This document shows positions 32,598-43,323 of a stretch of DNA of 64,000 bases, in pieces. Made by a program: the position numbers and the translations under genes. How positions within the stretch are numbered: the stretch's first letter is position 1; every line of letters starts with the position of its first letter. The DNA is from a virus. Where the stretch lies: the IMG/VR virus record IMGVR_UViG_3300000651_000003, positions 1 through 64,000 of that record; one strand, written 5' to 3'. The notes under the pieces are model-generated. The model saw nothing but the letters and a program-made list of their open reading frames with translations, had not been told where the DNA came from and ran no database searches.

Positions 32598-32990
32598 ATG
32601 GCATTCGAGCAACCCGGAGCAATGGACGGTGGTCGCCCAGCAGGCGCAGACCTTTCGAGTCATCAATTCAAATTTGTCAAACTCAATTCGAGCGGTCAAG
32701 TAATCCTCTGCGCCGCAGCAACCGACAAGCCCTATGGCATTTTGCAGAACAAGCCTATCTCTGGCGCGGCTGCAATCGTCATGCGTGACGGGATGAGCAA
32801 GGTAGTCTGCGCAGGCGACAATGTGAAAGGCAACGTCGGGGGTACTGACGCCAATGGTTTGTTCGCTCCCTATGTCTTTGGCACTGACACCACCAAGTAC
32901 ATCTGTGCAGAAGTGGTAGTTGACGCAGACAACGCCAACGGCATCGGTACTGTGAGTTTCTCGTGCTACTGCCCGCCACGCGGGGCGTAA
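32598..32990 (+). CDS. Capsid decoration/cement protein
   Basis: AGADLS..QFKFVK..GILQNKP..G.AA motif, between protease and capsid genes. Confidence 0.75.
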   Translation: MAFEQPGAMDGGRPAGADLSSHQFKFVKLNSSGQVILCAAATDKPYGILQNKPISGAAAIVMRDGMSKVVCAGDNVKGNVGGTDANGLFAPYVFGTDTTKYICAEVVVDADNANGIGTVSFSCYCPPRGA

Positions 32991-33051
32991 CTAAGGTTTC
33001 TAAAAACGTTTTCGGATGAAATTCGAAACGAAATAACTCTGGAGGAGTGAT

Positions 33052-34020
33052 ATGCCGCAACCAACCCTGAGTGACGTCCACGTAGACGTACCGCTAACTA
33101 ATATCTCAGTGGCGTATATTCAGCAGCAGGACGCCTACATTGCAACTCAGATTTTCCCGATCGTTCCTGTAGAGAAGAAGACCAACAAGTACTTCTTCTA
33201 TACCAAGAACGATTGGTTCCGGGATGAGGCAGAGGCGCGAGCCGACGCTACTGAGTCAAAGGGTTCTGGCTACGGGCTGTCGACCAACACCTACTCGTGC
33301 GAGGTTTACGCCTTCCACAAGGACATTGGTTATCAGACTCGTGCAAACGCTGATGCCCAAATTGACCTCGACCGTGACGCTACCACCTTCGTTACTCAGC
33401 GGCTTCTGCTCCGGCAGGAAATCCAGTGGGTCAGCGATTGTTTCACCACCGGTAAATGGGGCACCGACGTTGTAGGCGGTACCAACTTTACCCAGTGGAG
33501 TGACTTCACAGCCGGCGATCCTATTGAAGACGTTGAACAGGGTAAGGAGACCGTGTTGGCCAATACTGGGTTCATGCCGAACACCATGGTGCTCGGATAC
33601 CAGACCTACCGCAAGGTACGCAATCACCCAGTCATCATTGACCGCATCAAGTACACCACTGGAGTTACTGGAAGAACGGTGACTCCGGCTCTGCTCGCTC
33701 AAATGTGGGATATCGATCGCGTGCTGGTGGCTCGTGCAGTCAAGGCTACCAACAAAGAAGGTGAAACAGCCGCAATGTCGTTCACCTTTGGGAAGCACGC
33801 CCTGCTCGCTTACGTGAACCCGAACCCGGGACTACTGACGCCTAGCGCTGGTTACACGTTCTCATGGCGTGGTGTTTCACAGGGACTCGGCGCAGACGTT
33901 GGCATCACCACTTTCCCGATTCGTCGCCTGAAGGCAGACCGGGTTGAAGGTGAAGTAGCGTTCGCAAACCAGATTGTGGGAAGCGACCTCGGTTACTTCT
34001 TCTCCGGCGCAGTAGCGTAA
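33052..34020 (+). CDS. Major capsid protein
   Basis: VHVD.PLTNISVAY.Q...IA..IFP.VPV, PNTMVLG, PSAGYTF, GYFFSGAVA; strong RBS. Confidence 0.92.
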   Translation: MPQPTLSDVHVDVPLTNISVAYIQQQDAYIATQIFPIVPVEKKTNKYFFYTKNDWFRDEAEARADATESKGSGYGLSTNTYSCEVYAFHKDIGYQTRANADAQIDLDRDATTFVTQRLLLRQEIQWVSDCFTTGKWGTDVVGGTNFTQWSDFTAGDPIEDVEQGKETVLANTGFMPNTMVLGYQTYRKVRNHPVIIDRIKYTTGVTGRTVTPALLAQMWDIDRVLVARAVKATNKEGETAAMSFTFGKHALLAYVNPNPGLLTPSAGYTFSWRGVSQGLGADVGITTFPIRRLKADRVEGEVAFANQIVGSDLGYFFSGAVA

Positions 34021-34056
34021 ATCGGTAATTCAAACCTTAAGCCTTAGGAGGCCGGA

Positions 34057-35010
34057 ATGAAAGTACTGGAAGGCAGAGAACGCGAACTCAAAGAACACTT
34101 CGCAAACCACGCAGTACCGTTTCGAGTGGTCACCGCAGACGACGAGGAAAGTCTCATGTGCATGGACATGACTCAGATTCCTCACGCTTTGCGGTCTGAG
34201 TTCGACGAGACTGGGTTGTTCGTAGGAACTACGGTCGATGAAACCGCCGCAGCCGTCGAAACCGCAGAGCCACAGGAAACTACAGTCGAACCTTTGTCTA
34301 TTGATGAAGCAGTGGCGCAGACCATTGCTCAGAATCCCAGCACTGAAGCTCCGGCTTCCCAAGAATGATAATGGGTTCTAGGCACACACATCGGGTTTTA
34401 CGACCTTTCCCGGCAAGCGGCTCTGAGGTATTGGCTGCCGGCACTCTGGTGAATGCAAGTACTTGGCGTTACACTGACTTGTTGGTCGCGCAAGGGTACA
34501 TAGAGGCTATCAACGATGACGAGCCGGTGGAAGCCCTGAGTATCGAGCCTGAACAGAAACCCAAACCTTGGGAGTCCAACGTGGCAATTCCGTTAGAGGG
34601 AGAACAACGACATCATGACGACGCCAAATAGAGCAACAGGTGGAATGCTATCTGCAGGAGGGTTCTCTGCCAGAGACGGAGTCAGCGGTGGGTTCATTCC
34701 GGCTAGTCAAGTCATGGCCGCCGACGGAGCCATCACGATAAAGAACGGCGTTGTATTCATAACGAAGTCGTCAGCTGCGGCCATTACGTTGGCCGCTCCT
34801 ATCTCAGGTACTGACGATTTCAAGACGTTGAAAATCCTTTCGGCCACTGCTCAGGCACATACCGTTACCAATGCTTCTCCCGGATTCAATGGTGGTGGTG
34901 CAGCCAGCGACGTCGGTACATTCGGAGCCGCAAAAGGCAACGGCTTTGTTGCGGTGGCATATCAAGGTACTTGGTATGTTCAGTCCAATGTGGGTGTCAC
35001 TTTTGCATAG
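34057..35010 (+). CDS. Three small head-associated proteins (34057-34368, 34365-34631, 34615-35010; the last is Gly/Ala-rich, head-fibre-like)
   Basis: Coupled ORFs after the capsid gene. Confidence 0.6.
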
Positions 35011-35028
35011 TGACCGAGTCTTCGAAAA

Positions 35029-35487
35029 ATGGGATGGTCTTACGATTCATCGAAACTCGACGTACCGCTAAATCAAGTTCGCTTCTTGATTGGCGACACG
35101 ATTGAAGGTGCCGCGTTAATTGAAGACGACGACGAAATCCAATTCTGCTTAACCCAGAAAAACAATAACATATATCTAGCTGGAGCCTTTGCACTAAGAC
35201 GAGGCTCCGCTAGGCTTCTGCGCGAACTCAAGTTAATCGCTAATAAGGGCGGACTTGAGGATGATACTATGGCCCAGTCGCAGGAGTTGCTGAAGCGGGC
35301 CGCAGAGTTGGAGTCAGAAGCAGTCAAGGCTGGGGGTGTTTCGTTCTACTTTGGAGGTATTTCGAAGGCAGATGTTCAGACTCGCGAACAGGATGATGAT
35401 CGGGTTGACCCAGCTGTAACAGTTGACTCATTTGAACCGAACAGTGTTCCAGTTTCTGAGATTCCGGATACGATTTGGAGATGGTAA
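35029..35487 (+). CDS. Head-tail adaptor
   Basis: WSYD...VRFLIGDT....DDEI motif. Confidence 0.75.
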   Translation: MGWSYDSSKLDVPLNQVRFLIGDTIEGAALIEDDDEIQFCLTQKNNNIYLAGAFALRRGSARLLRELKLIANKGGLEDDTMAQSQELLKRAAELESEAVKAGGVSFYFGGISKADVQTREQDDDRVDPAVTVDSFEPNSVPVSEIPDTIWRW

Positions 35488-35491
35488 CTGA

Positions 35492-35920
35492 ATGTCTCTG
35501 CAATTTTCAGTAGCAGCGAAAAAGTTTGCGGCCCGGGCAGTGAGGACTATGCCGCGCAGACTCGTTCTACAGAAAATGCCCTCGGCCACTGACGGTCATG
35601 GCTATCCGCAGAGCACGTATGTTGACATTGATCCAACGCATCCTGTTCCGTGCCTGTTTACAATGAAGTCAGGGCACGAGATGGTGCTCAGCGGGGCTTC
35701 GAAAACAGTTACTCTATACAACTTCGAGATTCCGCAGCTGAATTATTACGACGGCATCTGGGCCAATGTTGATTTCTCCACTAAGTACCGAGTGCACCTG
35801 CTTCCAAATAACGACCAAGATTTGGAAGATTTGTTGTTGCAAATTATCGGTGGTGGTGGAGACGACGACCCAATCCTTACGTTTCAGGCGGTGACTCTTG
35901 ACGACTTGTTATCATCATGA
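35492..35920 (+). CDS. Head closure/stopper protein
   Basis: Synteny; DGHG.P...PC motif. Confidence 0.55.
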   Translation: MSLQFSVAAKKFAARAVRTMPRRLVLQKMPSATDGHGYPQSTYVDIDPTHPVPCLFTMKSGHEMVLSGASKTVTLYNFEIPQLNYYDGIWANVDFSTKYRVHLLPNNDQDLEDLLLQIIGGGGDDDPILTFQAVTLDDLLSS

Positions 35921-36369
35921 CGGGCTGGGAACTAGGAGATGTAGATGCGCTCATTGAGTCAACACTGGCTAACGATAGCACGATACAGTCGTTGATGGGA
36001 GTCAGCCCCGCCCGGGTGGCTAATTACCGGGTGCCGTCGGATTTGTCATGGAAACTGCTGTACATTTATTTTTACTCGATACCCGGCAACGACATTCGCG
36101 TTCAGGGCAATGGTCGGGTGATGACAACCGTGGACTATGACATTGAAGTACGAACTACGGGCGCACCAACTGATAACTCGCGAGCAATAGTGGCTCGCAT
36201 TGATGTTTTGATAGGGGCTATGAAAAGACAGCTAACAGCCAATAGCCAATGGGTTGTATGTGCTACTCCGCTCAAGCCGATTAACATTTTGCAGTCGGGT
36301 GAGAGTTCGGATGTCTTTTATGTTCGTCAGGGGCGCACATACGCCATTCAAGTAGTCCAAGGATTGTAA
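35917..36369 (+). CDS. Tail terminator protein
   Basis: Synteny and size; L.ND..I..L.G..RV motif. Confidence 0.6.
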   Translation: MTGWELGDVDALIESTLANDSTIQSLMGVSPARVANYRVPSDLSWKLLYIYFYSIPGNDIRVQGNGRVMTTVDYDIEVRTTGAPTDNSRAIVARIDVLIGAMKRQLTANSQWVVCATPLKPINILQSGESSDVFYVRQGRTYAIQVVQGL

Positions 36370-36379
36370 AGGAGAACCT

Positions 36380-36583
36380 ATGAGATTTGACAGAGTTGAA
36401 GTGCAGGTGCGGCAAGGTGATGAAGGTCATCCGAAAGAAGTGCATATCCCGGTGCTGAGCGTGCCGGCAAAATCGAACTTTAAGTCTGGCACTTACACAG
36501 TGGTTATAGGTAGCGACGACCCGGGTGGCGGTGTGATCACTGGCGACGACCCGGGAGTGATCACTGGCGACGAACCCAAATAA
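36380..36583 (+). CDS. Small protein with C-terminal VITGDDPG repeats
   Basis: AAGGAG RBS; tandem DNA duplication at 36513-36573. Confidence 0.55.
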   Translation: MRFDRVEVQVRQGDEGHPKEVHIPVLSVPAKSNFKSGTYTVVIGSDDPGGGVITGDDPGVITGDEPK

Positions 36584-36609
36584 CCGATAGATAAGCAAGG
36601 GAGAATACA

Positions 36610-37644
36610 ATGGCGGGTAGACCAGATGTAACAATTACCAGTCAATTCGGGGTTGAGACCACTCCGGGTACTCCAGTAGCCGCAAACCGGCTGCTGCCTA
36701 CCATAAGCTTCACCCCGAAAATCAAACGCGATACCAAACAGTTTCGCGCTCAGGGCAACAAATATAACACCACGTCTCATAAGGCCAAACAGTACGCCGA
36801 GGGCGGATATGATGGCATTCTTGACTATAACTCCATCATCTACATTCTTAACGGACTGACAGTTCCAGTAACGTCCCCTGCTGCTATCGTAGGGAGCACG
36901 TCAGGCAAGAAGTGGTCGTATGCTCCTGTCAGCAGAGCATTGGACAACCCAAAGACATATACATTTGAAGTCGGCGGCCCAACAGAGCTTGGTACGAACT
37001 TAGTTGAACAGTATGCTTATGGTCAGCTAACTTCCCTCACTCTAGATTTGAATCAAGATGATTTGAAACTCAGCGGCAACATGATTTGCCAGACGGCAGT
37101 CGCTAACTTCACTCAGACCGCCAGTCCTACAATCGTACCTGAACGCCCTTGCCAGAGAGACCAAATCGACGTCTTCTGCGATAATGTGTATGCGACTTTC
37201 AACGGAGCTACTCCGACCAAAGTCACAGACGCAATGGAAGAGAAGATAGAAATCGGGGTTAAGTTCAAGCCGAAATTCGTCCACAACACCACTTTCAAGT
37301 CGTTTAAAGACGCTGTGGAAGTCGCTCCTTCGTTTGTGTACTCATTCCTGCAGGAGCATAACGCCCAGAGCAGAACTGCGCTGGCTGACGTGATCGCAAA
37401 TGACACCCCTCAGTGGTTGCGCATCCAAGCGAAAGGCTTGGACATAAGCGACGCTCACGACGGGTCAATCACTGAGCTTATTCAGTTCGACGTCTACGGC
37501 AAGTACACAGAACCGGAAGAGGTGCGCGACGCCCTGACGATGGGAGTCTACGGTTACCGGTATCACTTTGTTGCGTTGGACGATCCAGCAAATATGGGCC
37601 GTCCATGGAGAGCAGTAATTCAGAATACAGTAGCATCATTGTAA
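36610..37644 (+). CDS. Major tail tube protein
   Basis: QFGVETTPGTPVAAN..L, PKTYTFE.G, N.VASL; synteny. Confidence 0.85.
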   Translation: MAGRPDVTITSQFGVETTPGTPVAANRLLPTISFTPKIKRDTKQFRAQGNKYNTTSHKAKQYAEGGYDGILDYNSIIYILNGLTVPVTSPAAIVGSTSGKKWSYAPVSRALDNPKTYTFEVGGPTELGTNLVEQYAYGQLTSLTLDLNQDDLKLSGNMICQTAVANFTQTASPTIVPERPCQRDQIDVFCDNVYATFNGATPTKVTDAMEEKIEIGVKFKPKFVHNTTFKSFKDAVEVAPSFVYSFLQEHNAQSRTALADVIANDTPQWLRIQAKGLDISDAHDGSITELIQFDVYGKYTEPEEVRDALTMGVYGYRYHFVALDDPANMGRPWRAVIQNTVASL

Positions 37645-37699
37645 AAACACGAAAACGCTGAACGCGTAGCTCAGTGAGCGCGCCTAAGCAACGAACAAC

Positions 37700-37747
37700 A
37701 GAAGCTCGGCAGTGAAGACATTCTTTGCTGCCGGGTTTCTACTTTTT
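37700..37747 (+). terminator. Hairpin plus T-run after the tail tube gene
   Basis: 14-bp stem 37700-37713 / 37727-37740 followed by ACTTTTT. Confidence 0.55.
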
Positions 37748-37758
37748 GAGGAGGAAAA

Positions 37759-38327
37759 ATGGGAACCAACGGCAGCGGCAACAACAACCAAGAAACATTT
37801 GACCTTAATCAGGTTTTCACCAAGGATGTGTTTACCATACCGGTAGAACTAGTCGAGACCGACGACCTCACCGGAGACATAATTAAGCGCAAAGTTCTGG
37901 TGACGTACAAGTTTGGGAAAGACAACAAGGATGTGTTTGCGCGGAAAGAAGGCCAGTCATACATCGACCAGCTTGAGTCCTTACTCGTCAGGATTCGAGG
38001 AGGTGGCGACGATTTTGATAAGAGTGTGCTCACGAAAGATTACATAGCAGCCATGCGAGACAAGCACGTTATCCAGATCGTGGAAGCTATTTCAAATGAT
38101 ATCTACCCAAACATGAAGACCTCCATAGTTTAATGATGCACTACGCCTATGGAGAGCAGTCTAGGCAATCGAAAGACACGCCAGACAGAGTAGTGATGGA
38201 GTTAGCCTTGGATTTGCACTTGACGCCAGACCAAGTGAGGTCAATAAACATTCGAGATCTCAACAAGCTCAAAATGGTCAGGGCCGCCCGCATACTTGGT
38301 CAGATGCAAAAGAGTCAGGAGTTCTGA
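37759..38327 (+). CDS. Tail assembly chaperone pair with -1 programmed frameshift (37759-38133; extended product to 38327)
   Basis: In-frame slippery heptamer C CCA AAC at 38106-38112; the -1 frame is open into ORF 38133-38327. Confidence 0.8.
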
Positions 38328-38743
38328 TGTACACAGTCAATGCAAAAGTCGTAGGACCAACGCCACAAGAGATGTCAAAGAAGCTGGCTGAGCAGGCAGG
38401 TCAGGTGGTGCTTGCTCAGGCGTTAGGCGCCGTTTCCACCCTCTACCAAATTTACCCGGTGGGTGCTGAGCATAAAGACGGTAGCCCGCATACAAGAGAC
38501 ACTTTCAAAGTCATCGACGAGAAGGGACACATCTATGGCGAGAAAGGCAACTTCTCTGGTGACGGCTCAAGTTATGTAGCTTCCAAGGACAATAAACTTA
38601 AGTTGCTTACTGCAGGAGCTTCGTTCTTCCTAGAGTGGGGAACGATCTTCATGGAACCTCAGCCGCTGATACGAATGATAATGAAAAGAGCTCAACAATC
38701 AATATCTAACGCGCTGAAAAAACTAAACCTTAAACTGAAGTAG
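38327..38743 (+). CDS. HK97 gp10-like tail completion protein
   Basis: FLEWGT.FM.PQP.IR motif. Confidence 0.65.
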   Translation: MYTVNAKVVGPTPQEMSKKLAEQAGQVVLAQALGAVSTLYQIYPVGAEHKDGSPHTRDTFKVIDEKGHIYGEKGNFSGDGSSYVASKDNKLKLLTAGASFFLEWGTIFMEPQPLIRMIMKRAQQSISNALKKLNLKLK

Positions 38744-38752
38744 GAGAACTCG

Positions 38753-41686
38753 ATGCCAGACACAATCGGCCAACAGATCGTATGGGAGTTCGTTCCTAAC
38801 ACTGCTCCTATGGACGCAGCCTTCGTTAAGGCTGACTCCAAAGCGAAGCAGCACGTTAGCTCTGTCAATACCTACTTCAAGGAAGTTGGCAAAACGATTA
38901 ACATCGGCACTCACTTCGATTCTGCAGCAAAGAAGACCGAGTCCTCAGCCAAGGAACACGTTGGTAGGTTGAATTCAATTTTCTCAAAGGTAGGTGAAGG
39001 GATAACAAGTAAGCTTGGCGGCATCGCGTCTGGAGTTGCGTCTGTATTTGGTGGAGGATTTGCTCTCAATGCATTGTCCGGAGCGGAAAGCGCTGTCAGC
39101 AGTCTAGCTCAGACTGGACTGGAGTTCGCAGAGAACTGGGAGAAGGCTCACCTTCGCATGACAGCATTCACAGGTGATGCTCATGAGGCTACGATCGTTC
39201 TCAAACAACTACAGCAAATATCCGTTGACCGAGCTATGCAGATGCAACCACTCTCGGATGCTGCATTCAAACTTGCCGAGATTGGAATTCAAGGCGACAA
39301 AGCAGTCAACATAATGAAGGGCATTACTGCCCAAGCCGCGGTGCTCGGTCGAGGGGCCGAAGGTGTCAATTCTATCGTCATGCAGTTAGAGATGATGGTT
39401 GACTCAGGTAAGGCGGCTGGTCAAGGTCTAATGCGCCTCGAGCGCCAAGGCTACCAAGTCTTCCAGACTCTGTCGAAAATGACTGGTATCTCAAATATCG
39501 ACCTACGCAAAATGATGATGCAGGGTCGATTGGATCCAAAGGTAGCGATTGAGCTGCTGACTGAGGGTTGGGAAAAACAATTCGGCGAAGCTGCTAATAA
39601 AATCACCCACACATTTTCCGATGAGCAGACCCGGACGATGAATGCCCTCGCTCCTCAACTCGCTACTGCAATGGGGCCAATCATCGACGCTGCCGGTCAC
39701 ACGATGAAGGATATTCAGGCAGTGATCAATCAGGCTGGCCCCGGGTTTGCAGAAGGAATTAGCGGTGCAATGTCACTGGCTGCGGGAGCCATGACTAAAG
39801 CGCTCGACTACCTCATTGAACTCGCCGGGATAAAGCTTGAGACACATTCACCTTCAAAAGTGTTCGAGCGCATGGGCACCGAAGTCATGCAAGGGTTAGG
39901 TAATGGTTTCATACAAGGACAAGACAAAGCTCAGAGAGCGTTGGAAGAAACTTACCGCAGAATCATTGCAAACACTGACCTTCAAAAGCTGGTTCAAGAG
40001 GCTTCCAAACAATTCAATGTACCAGCTGAACTTATCAATGCTGTTATGGCAAAAGAGTCGGGCGGCAACCCAAATGCATACAACCCCAAGGCGGGGGCCA
40101 CAGGGTTGATGCAATTTACTGCTGGCACCGCATCTAGGTATAACATCACAAACAGGAGGGATCCTCGACAAAGCATATTTGGTGGTGCCCACTATTTATC
40201 AGATTTGTTAGGTATGTTCGGCGGAGATGTCAGTTTAGCCCTTGCTGGCTATAATGCTGGTGAAGGCAAGGTTATGAAGTATGGTAACGAGGTTCCTCCT
40301 TATGCAGAAACCCAAGACTACGTCAAACGCATAACTCAACTGCTAGAAAATGTAGTACGCAATTCAACATCCGCAGGCTCCTCCGTGGTGTCTACAGGTG
40401 GGTCTATCAAAGTTGATGACGAGATGACCCGGGCGTACGAAACTAAGATAAAGGAGATTCAGGGAAAACTTAACACCTACAACGACGCAATCGCACAGGC
40501 TACCCAGAGGGCTATGGCTGGTGGAGGGCGTGACCCGGGAGCATTGAGAGCAGGCATCGAGCTGAATGAATACCGGAGTCAGTTCAAGGAACTCAGCGCT
40601 GAATACAGCGACCTACAAAAGGCACTCCATGATTACATTAAATCTGTGGAAGATGCTCGTGCCAACGCTCACGTTTTTGATTGGTTCAAGGATGCGGCGA
40701 ATGGAAAGATAATACCACAAGGTTCCTCGACAACATTATTTCCATTTGCAGGGCATCCTCTAGGACTATCTCCTGTGACAACAACTCCGTCAGGAGTGTC
40801 TGCGTTTGCTGGCCCTACTATTCAAGGCAGGGGGTTTCAGAGTCTGAACTCGGTGCAGACCTTCAGTAGCTTTGAAAAGACCACTGAAGAAACGTCTGCT
40901 TCGATTGGTAAACTGGCTAAGAGTGCTCAAGATTTGTATACAGAGGAGCAAAAGAGAACTAACGCATTACGAGTGTCAAGGATGGAAAGTGTTTTCGGAG
41001 AAGCCAGCCGCAAGCTCGGAGAAGGATTGGACCCTTTTGGGGCTCGTCAGGCAGAAATCGATGCACTTGTAAACACTCCAAAAGCTATCGCAGCCGTCGC
41101 TGGTCAGTTCCTGACAAATTTCAAATTCAGCATGAGTGATGTTCGGCAGATTCTTTCAAGTGGGTTGAAGTCAGTAGTGGTTGAGCCATTCGCAAAAATC
41201 GTTGAAGCTCAGATCACCAAGTGGGTCACTCAAATGATGATTGACCTGCTAGGACAAAAAGCGATGTCTACCCAAAGTGATATTGTCACAGCAGATAATA
41301 CTCTGACCACAAGTTTGAATACAGCAGCAATCACAGCGTTGACCACGGCAATCACTGCTCAAACCGGTAGCTCCTTCTTCGATACTTTAATTCAAGGGGC
41401 CGCAGCTGCTGGTGAGAATGCAGCAGGCGGTGCAGACTTCATTGTACCTCCGGGCTACCCTGACGATAGTTACCGGCTGAATCTGACTTCGGACGAGCAC
41501 GTAATGGTAGCTCCTGCTGGCAAACGTTTGGGAGGAGGGAAGCCACAGCAAACGATTCATCAGTACAACATCACTATGAATGCTCCGATCGTAGGAGGCT
41601 CTAGCTACGCAGCACCGAAGTCACAACGAGAATATATGCATATGTGGGGAGCCGCGATGCAAGACATAATGAAAAAGGTAGCTTAA
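38753..41686 (+). CDS. Tape measure protein with lytic transglycosylase (SLT) domain
   Basis: Ala/Gly helical repeats; AVMAKESGGNPNA..AGATGLMQF..ALAGYNAG..PPYAETQDYV. Confidence 0.92.
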   Translation: MPDTIGQQIVWEFVPNTAPMDAAFVKADSKAKQHVSSVNTYFKEVGKTINIGTHFDSAAKKTESSAKEHVGRLNSIFSKVGEGITSKLGGIASGVASVFGGGFALNALSGAESAVSSLAQTGLEFAENWEKAHLRMTAFTGDAHEATIVLKQLQQISVDRAMQMQPLSDAAFKLAEIGIQGDKAVNIMKGITAQAAVLGRGAEGVNSIVMQLEMMVDSGKAAGQGLMRLERQGYQVFQTLSKMTGISNIDLRKMMMQGRLDPKVAIELLTEGWEKQFGEAANKITHTFSDEQTRTMNALAPQLATAMGPIIDAAGHTMKDIQAVINQAGPGFAEGISGAMSLAAGAMTKALDYLIELAGIKLETHSPSKVFERMGTEVMQGLGNGFIQGQDKAQRALEETYRRIIANTDLQKLVQEASKQFNVPAELINAVMAKESGGNPNAYNPKAGATGLMQFTAGTASRYNITNRRDPRQSIFGGAHYLSDLLGMFGGDVSLALAGYNAGEGKVMKYGNEVPPYAETQDYVKRITQLLENVVRNSTSAGSSVVSTGGSIKVDDEMTRAYETKIKEIQGKLNTYNDAIAQATQRAMAGGGRDPGALRAGIELNEYRSQFKELSAEYSDLQKALHDYIKSVEDARANAHVFDWFKDAANGKIIPQGSSTTLFPFAGHPLGLSPVTTTPSGVSAFAGPTIQGRGFQSLNSVQTFSSFEKTTEETSASIGKLAKSAQDLYTEEQKRTNALRVSRMESVFGEASRKLGEGLDPFGARQAEIDALVNTPKAIAAVAGQFLTNFKFSMSDVRQILSSGLKSVVVEPFAKIVEAQITKWVTQMMIDLLGQKAMSTQSDIVTADNTLTTSLNTAAITALTTAITAQTGSSFFDTLIQGAAAAGENAAGGADFIVPPGYPDDSYRLNLTSDEHVMVAPAGKRLGGGKPQQTIHQYNITMNAPIVGGSSYAAPKSQREYMHMWGAAMQDIMKKVA

Positions 41687-41687
41687 C

Positions 41688-42446
41688 ATGCCAATCTATT
41701 TCGACGAAATTCTGCTAGACCCGGGTATGTTTAATCTGAGGTCCATTCAGGGAGGACCCGAGTTCGCTAATGCTAACGAGCGCAATCCTCAGACTGGCAT
41801 AATGAGTGTAGCCGTGCTTAGGTACGACCCGTCGATAATGTGGCAATGTAATTTCGAAGACATTAAATTCGACCCGGGACAGTTAGGCGGAGGATCGGGC
41901 CTGACTTACTTCAACAATTTTTGGTATGGTGGCCTTGGCTCCGCTTATGGTTTCCGAGTTAGGAATCAGTTCGATTATTTTGTGCAGGGTCAGGTAATCG
42001 GATCAGGAGACGGGTCTACACACGACTTCAAACTTTTCAAAACATACACTCGCCCCGGGCCAGCAGGAACAAACGTAGTCTCTGGTCCTTACAATCGCAG
42101 GATTATCAAACCGCTGGCTTCTAGTTTGCTCAGTGCTGACTCGGTCACTCTCTACGAGTCTGACGGCAGCACAGCCAGAGTGGTAGGTTCTCCTACATGG
42201 GAAGTTCCGTTCGTGGCATACTTAGCAGGCACGCCACAAGTTTCCGGGTTTACCATAAGCAACACTCACGGCATCCTACACTTCACCACTGCCCCGGGAG
42301 TTGGCGTTGAAGTTAAGGTGGATTTTCAATTCGACGTGCCGATGAGATTTCTAACCAACATACCTCAGATGACTGCGGACTTCCCCGCTCAGGTAAGCAG
42401 CCTGCCGTTGGTAGAAATCCTGCCGGCAGAACTGGGTATAACATAA
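41688..42446 (+). CDS. Distal tail protein (DUF2460-like)
   Basis: GGPEF, G.AYGFR, G.GDG....F.L.K.Y, FQFDVPMRF. Confidence 0.8.
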   Translation: MPIYFDEILLDPGMFNLRSIQGGPEFANANERNPQTGIMSVAVLRYDPSIMWQCNFEDIKFDPGQLGGGSGLTYFNNFWYGGLGSAYGFRVRNQFDYFVQGQVIGSGDGSTHDFKLFKTYTRPGPAGTNVVSGPYNRRIIKPLASSLLSADSVTLYESDGSTARVVGSPTWEVPFVAYLAGTPQVSGFTISNTHGILHFTTAPGVGVEVKVDFQFDVPMRFLTNIPQMTADFPAQVSSLPLVEILPAELGIT

Positions 42447-43313
42447 ATGCCATATACACCGACAACCTCAGCTGGGATGATAACTGCTCTTGGGTCGAAC
42501 GTTGTATTTCTCTGTCCTATTTGGAAAATCACATCCCGAGACGGACTCACAGCCGCATACTGTGGTCACACTAGACCAGCTGCCGGCAAGAACTGGAATC
42601 CTCTGACGCCTTTTCTATTCAACGGAGTAACATATACACCGTCCGCATCAGTGAATACCCGGGATGTGCATAAAATTGGGTTCAGCCCTAACAGCAGTCA
42701 GATCAACGGTGTATTTGATAACATTATCAAACGGTCCGAGGTGGAAGGCGGACGCTGGAAGCTAGCCAAGGTTACATATGAGTATGTGAACTACCTTGAC
42801 TTGACTCTTGGCTCGACTGGAAAAATTGTAGGAGTCGTAGGGCAAATCGAAGTCAAGAATCCAGAGTATACGATGGAGTTTTTCTCTAATGCCCAGTTGC
42901 TACATCAACTAATCGGTGACATGACGTCACCCACCGATCGTAGCAACTTCCCAGCCGGCTTGTTGAAAACCTCGTATCAATCAAATCGAAATGTGGTTTC
43001 GTCCGCTGACCAACGCCACTTGGTTGTTGACGGCGCAGCCATTGCTGACAACTATTACACGGAAGGAATCGTTTTCTGGACGACAGGCAATAATGCGAAG
43101 TACAACGGAATGGAAATCAAGAGCAATACTGGGAACACTCTTGAGCTCCAACTCCCGATGCCTGAAGTGATTACAGCCGGCGACCATGTAACGCTGCTGG
43201 CTGGGTATGACGGTACCCGAGACCAAATGAAGTCAAAATTCAGCGATATGATCGACTTCCAAGGGGAGCCGGATTTGCCCGGTCTACGCGTTCCATTTAG
43301 TTACCCTCAGTAG
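42447..43313 (+). CDS. Baseplate hub protein (DUF2163/BR0599-like)
   Basis: WKIT.RDG, W.TG.N, GD...L.AGYD......KF.....F.GEP.LPG. Confidence 0.8.
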   Translation: MPYTPTTSAGMITALGSNVVFLCPIWKITSRDGLTAAYCGHTRPAAGKNWNPLTPFLFNGVTYTPSASVNTRDVHKIGFSPNSSQINGVFDNIIKRSEVEGGRWKLAKVTYEYVNYLDLTLGSTGKIVGVVGQIEVKNPEYTMEFFSNAQLLHQLIGDMTSPTDRSNFPAGLLKTSYQSNRNVVSSADQRHLVVDGAAIADNYYTEGIVFWTTGNNAKYNGMEIKSNTGNTLELQLPMPEVITAGDHVTLLAGYDGTRDQMKSKFSDMIDFQGEPDLPGLRVPFSYPQ

Positions 43314-43323
43314 GAGCCATATC

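Noticed and set aside
37664-37700. tRNA-like GCGTAGCTCAGT-GAGCGC segment
   Set aside because: It resembles a D-arm but lacks the D-loop GG, the T-arm (GTTCRA) and an acceptor stem partner.
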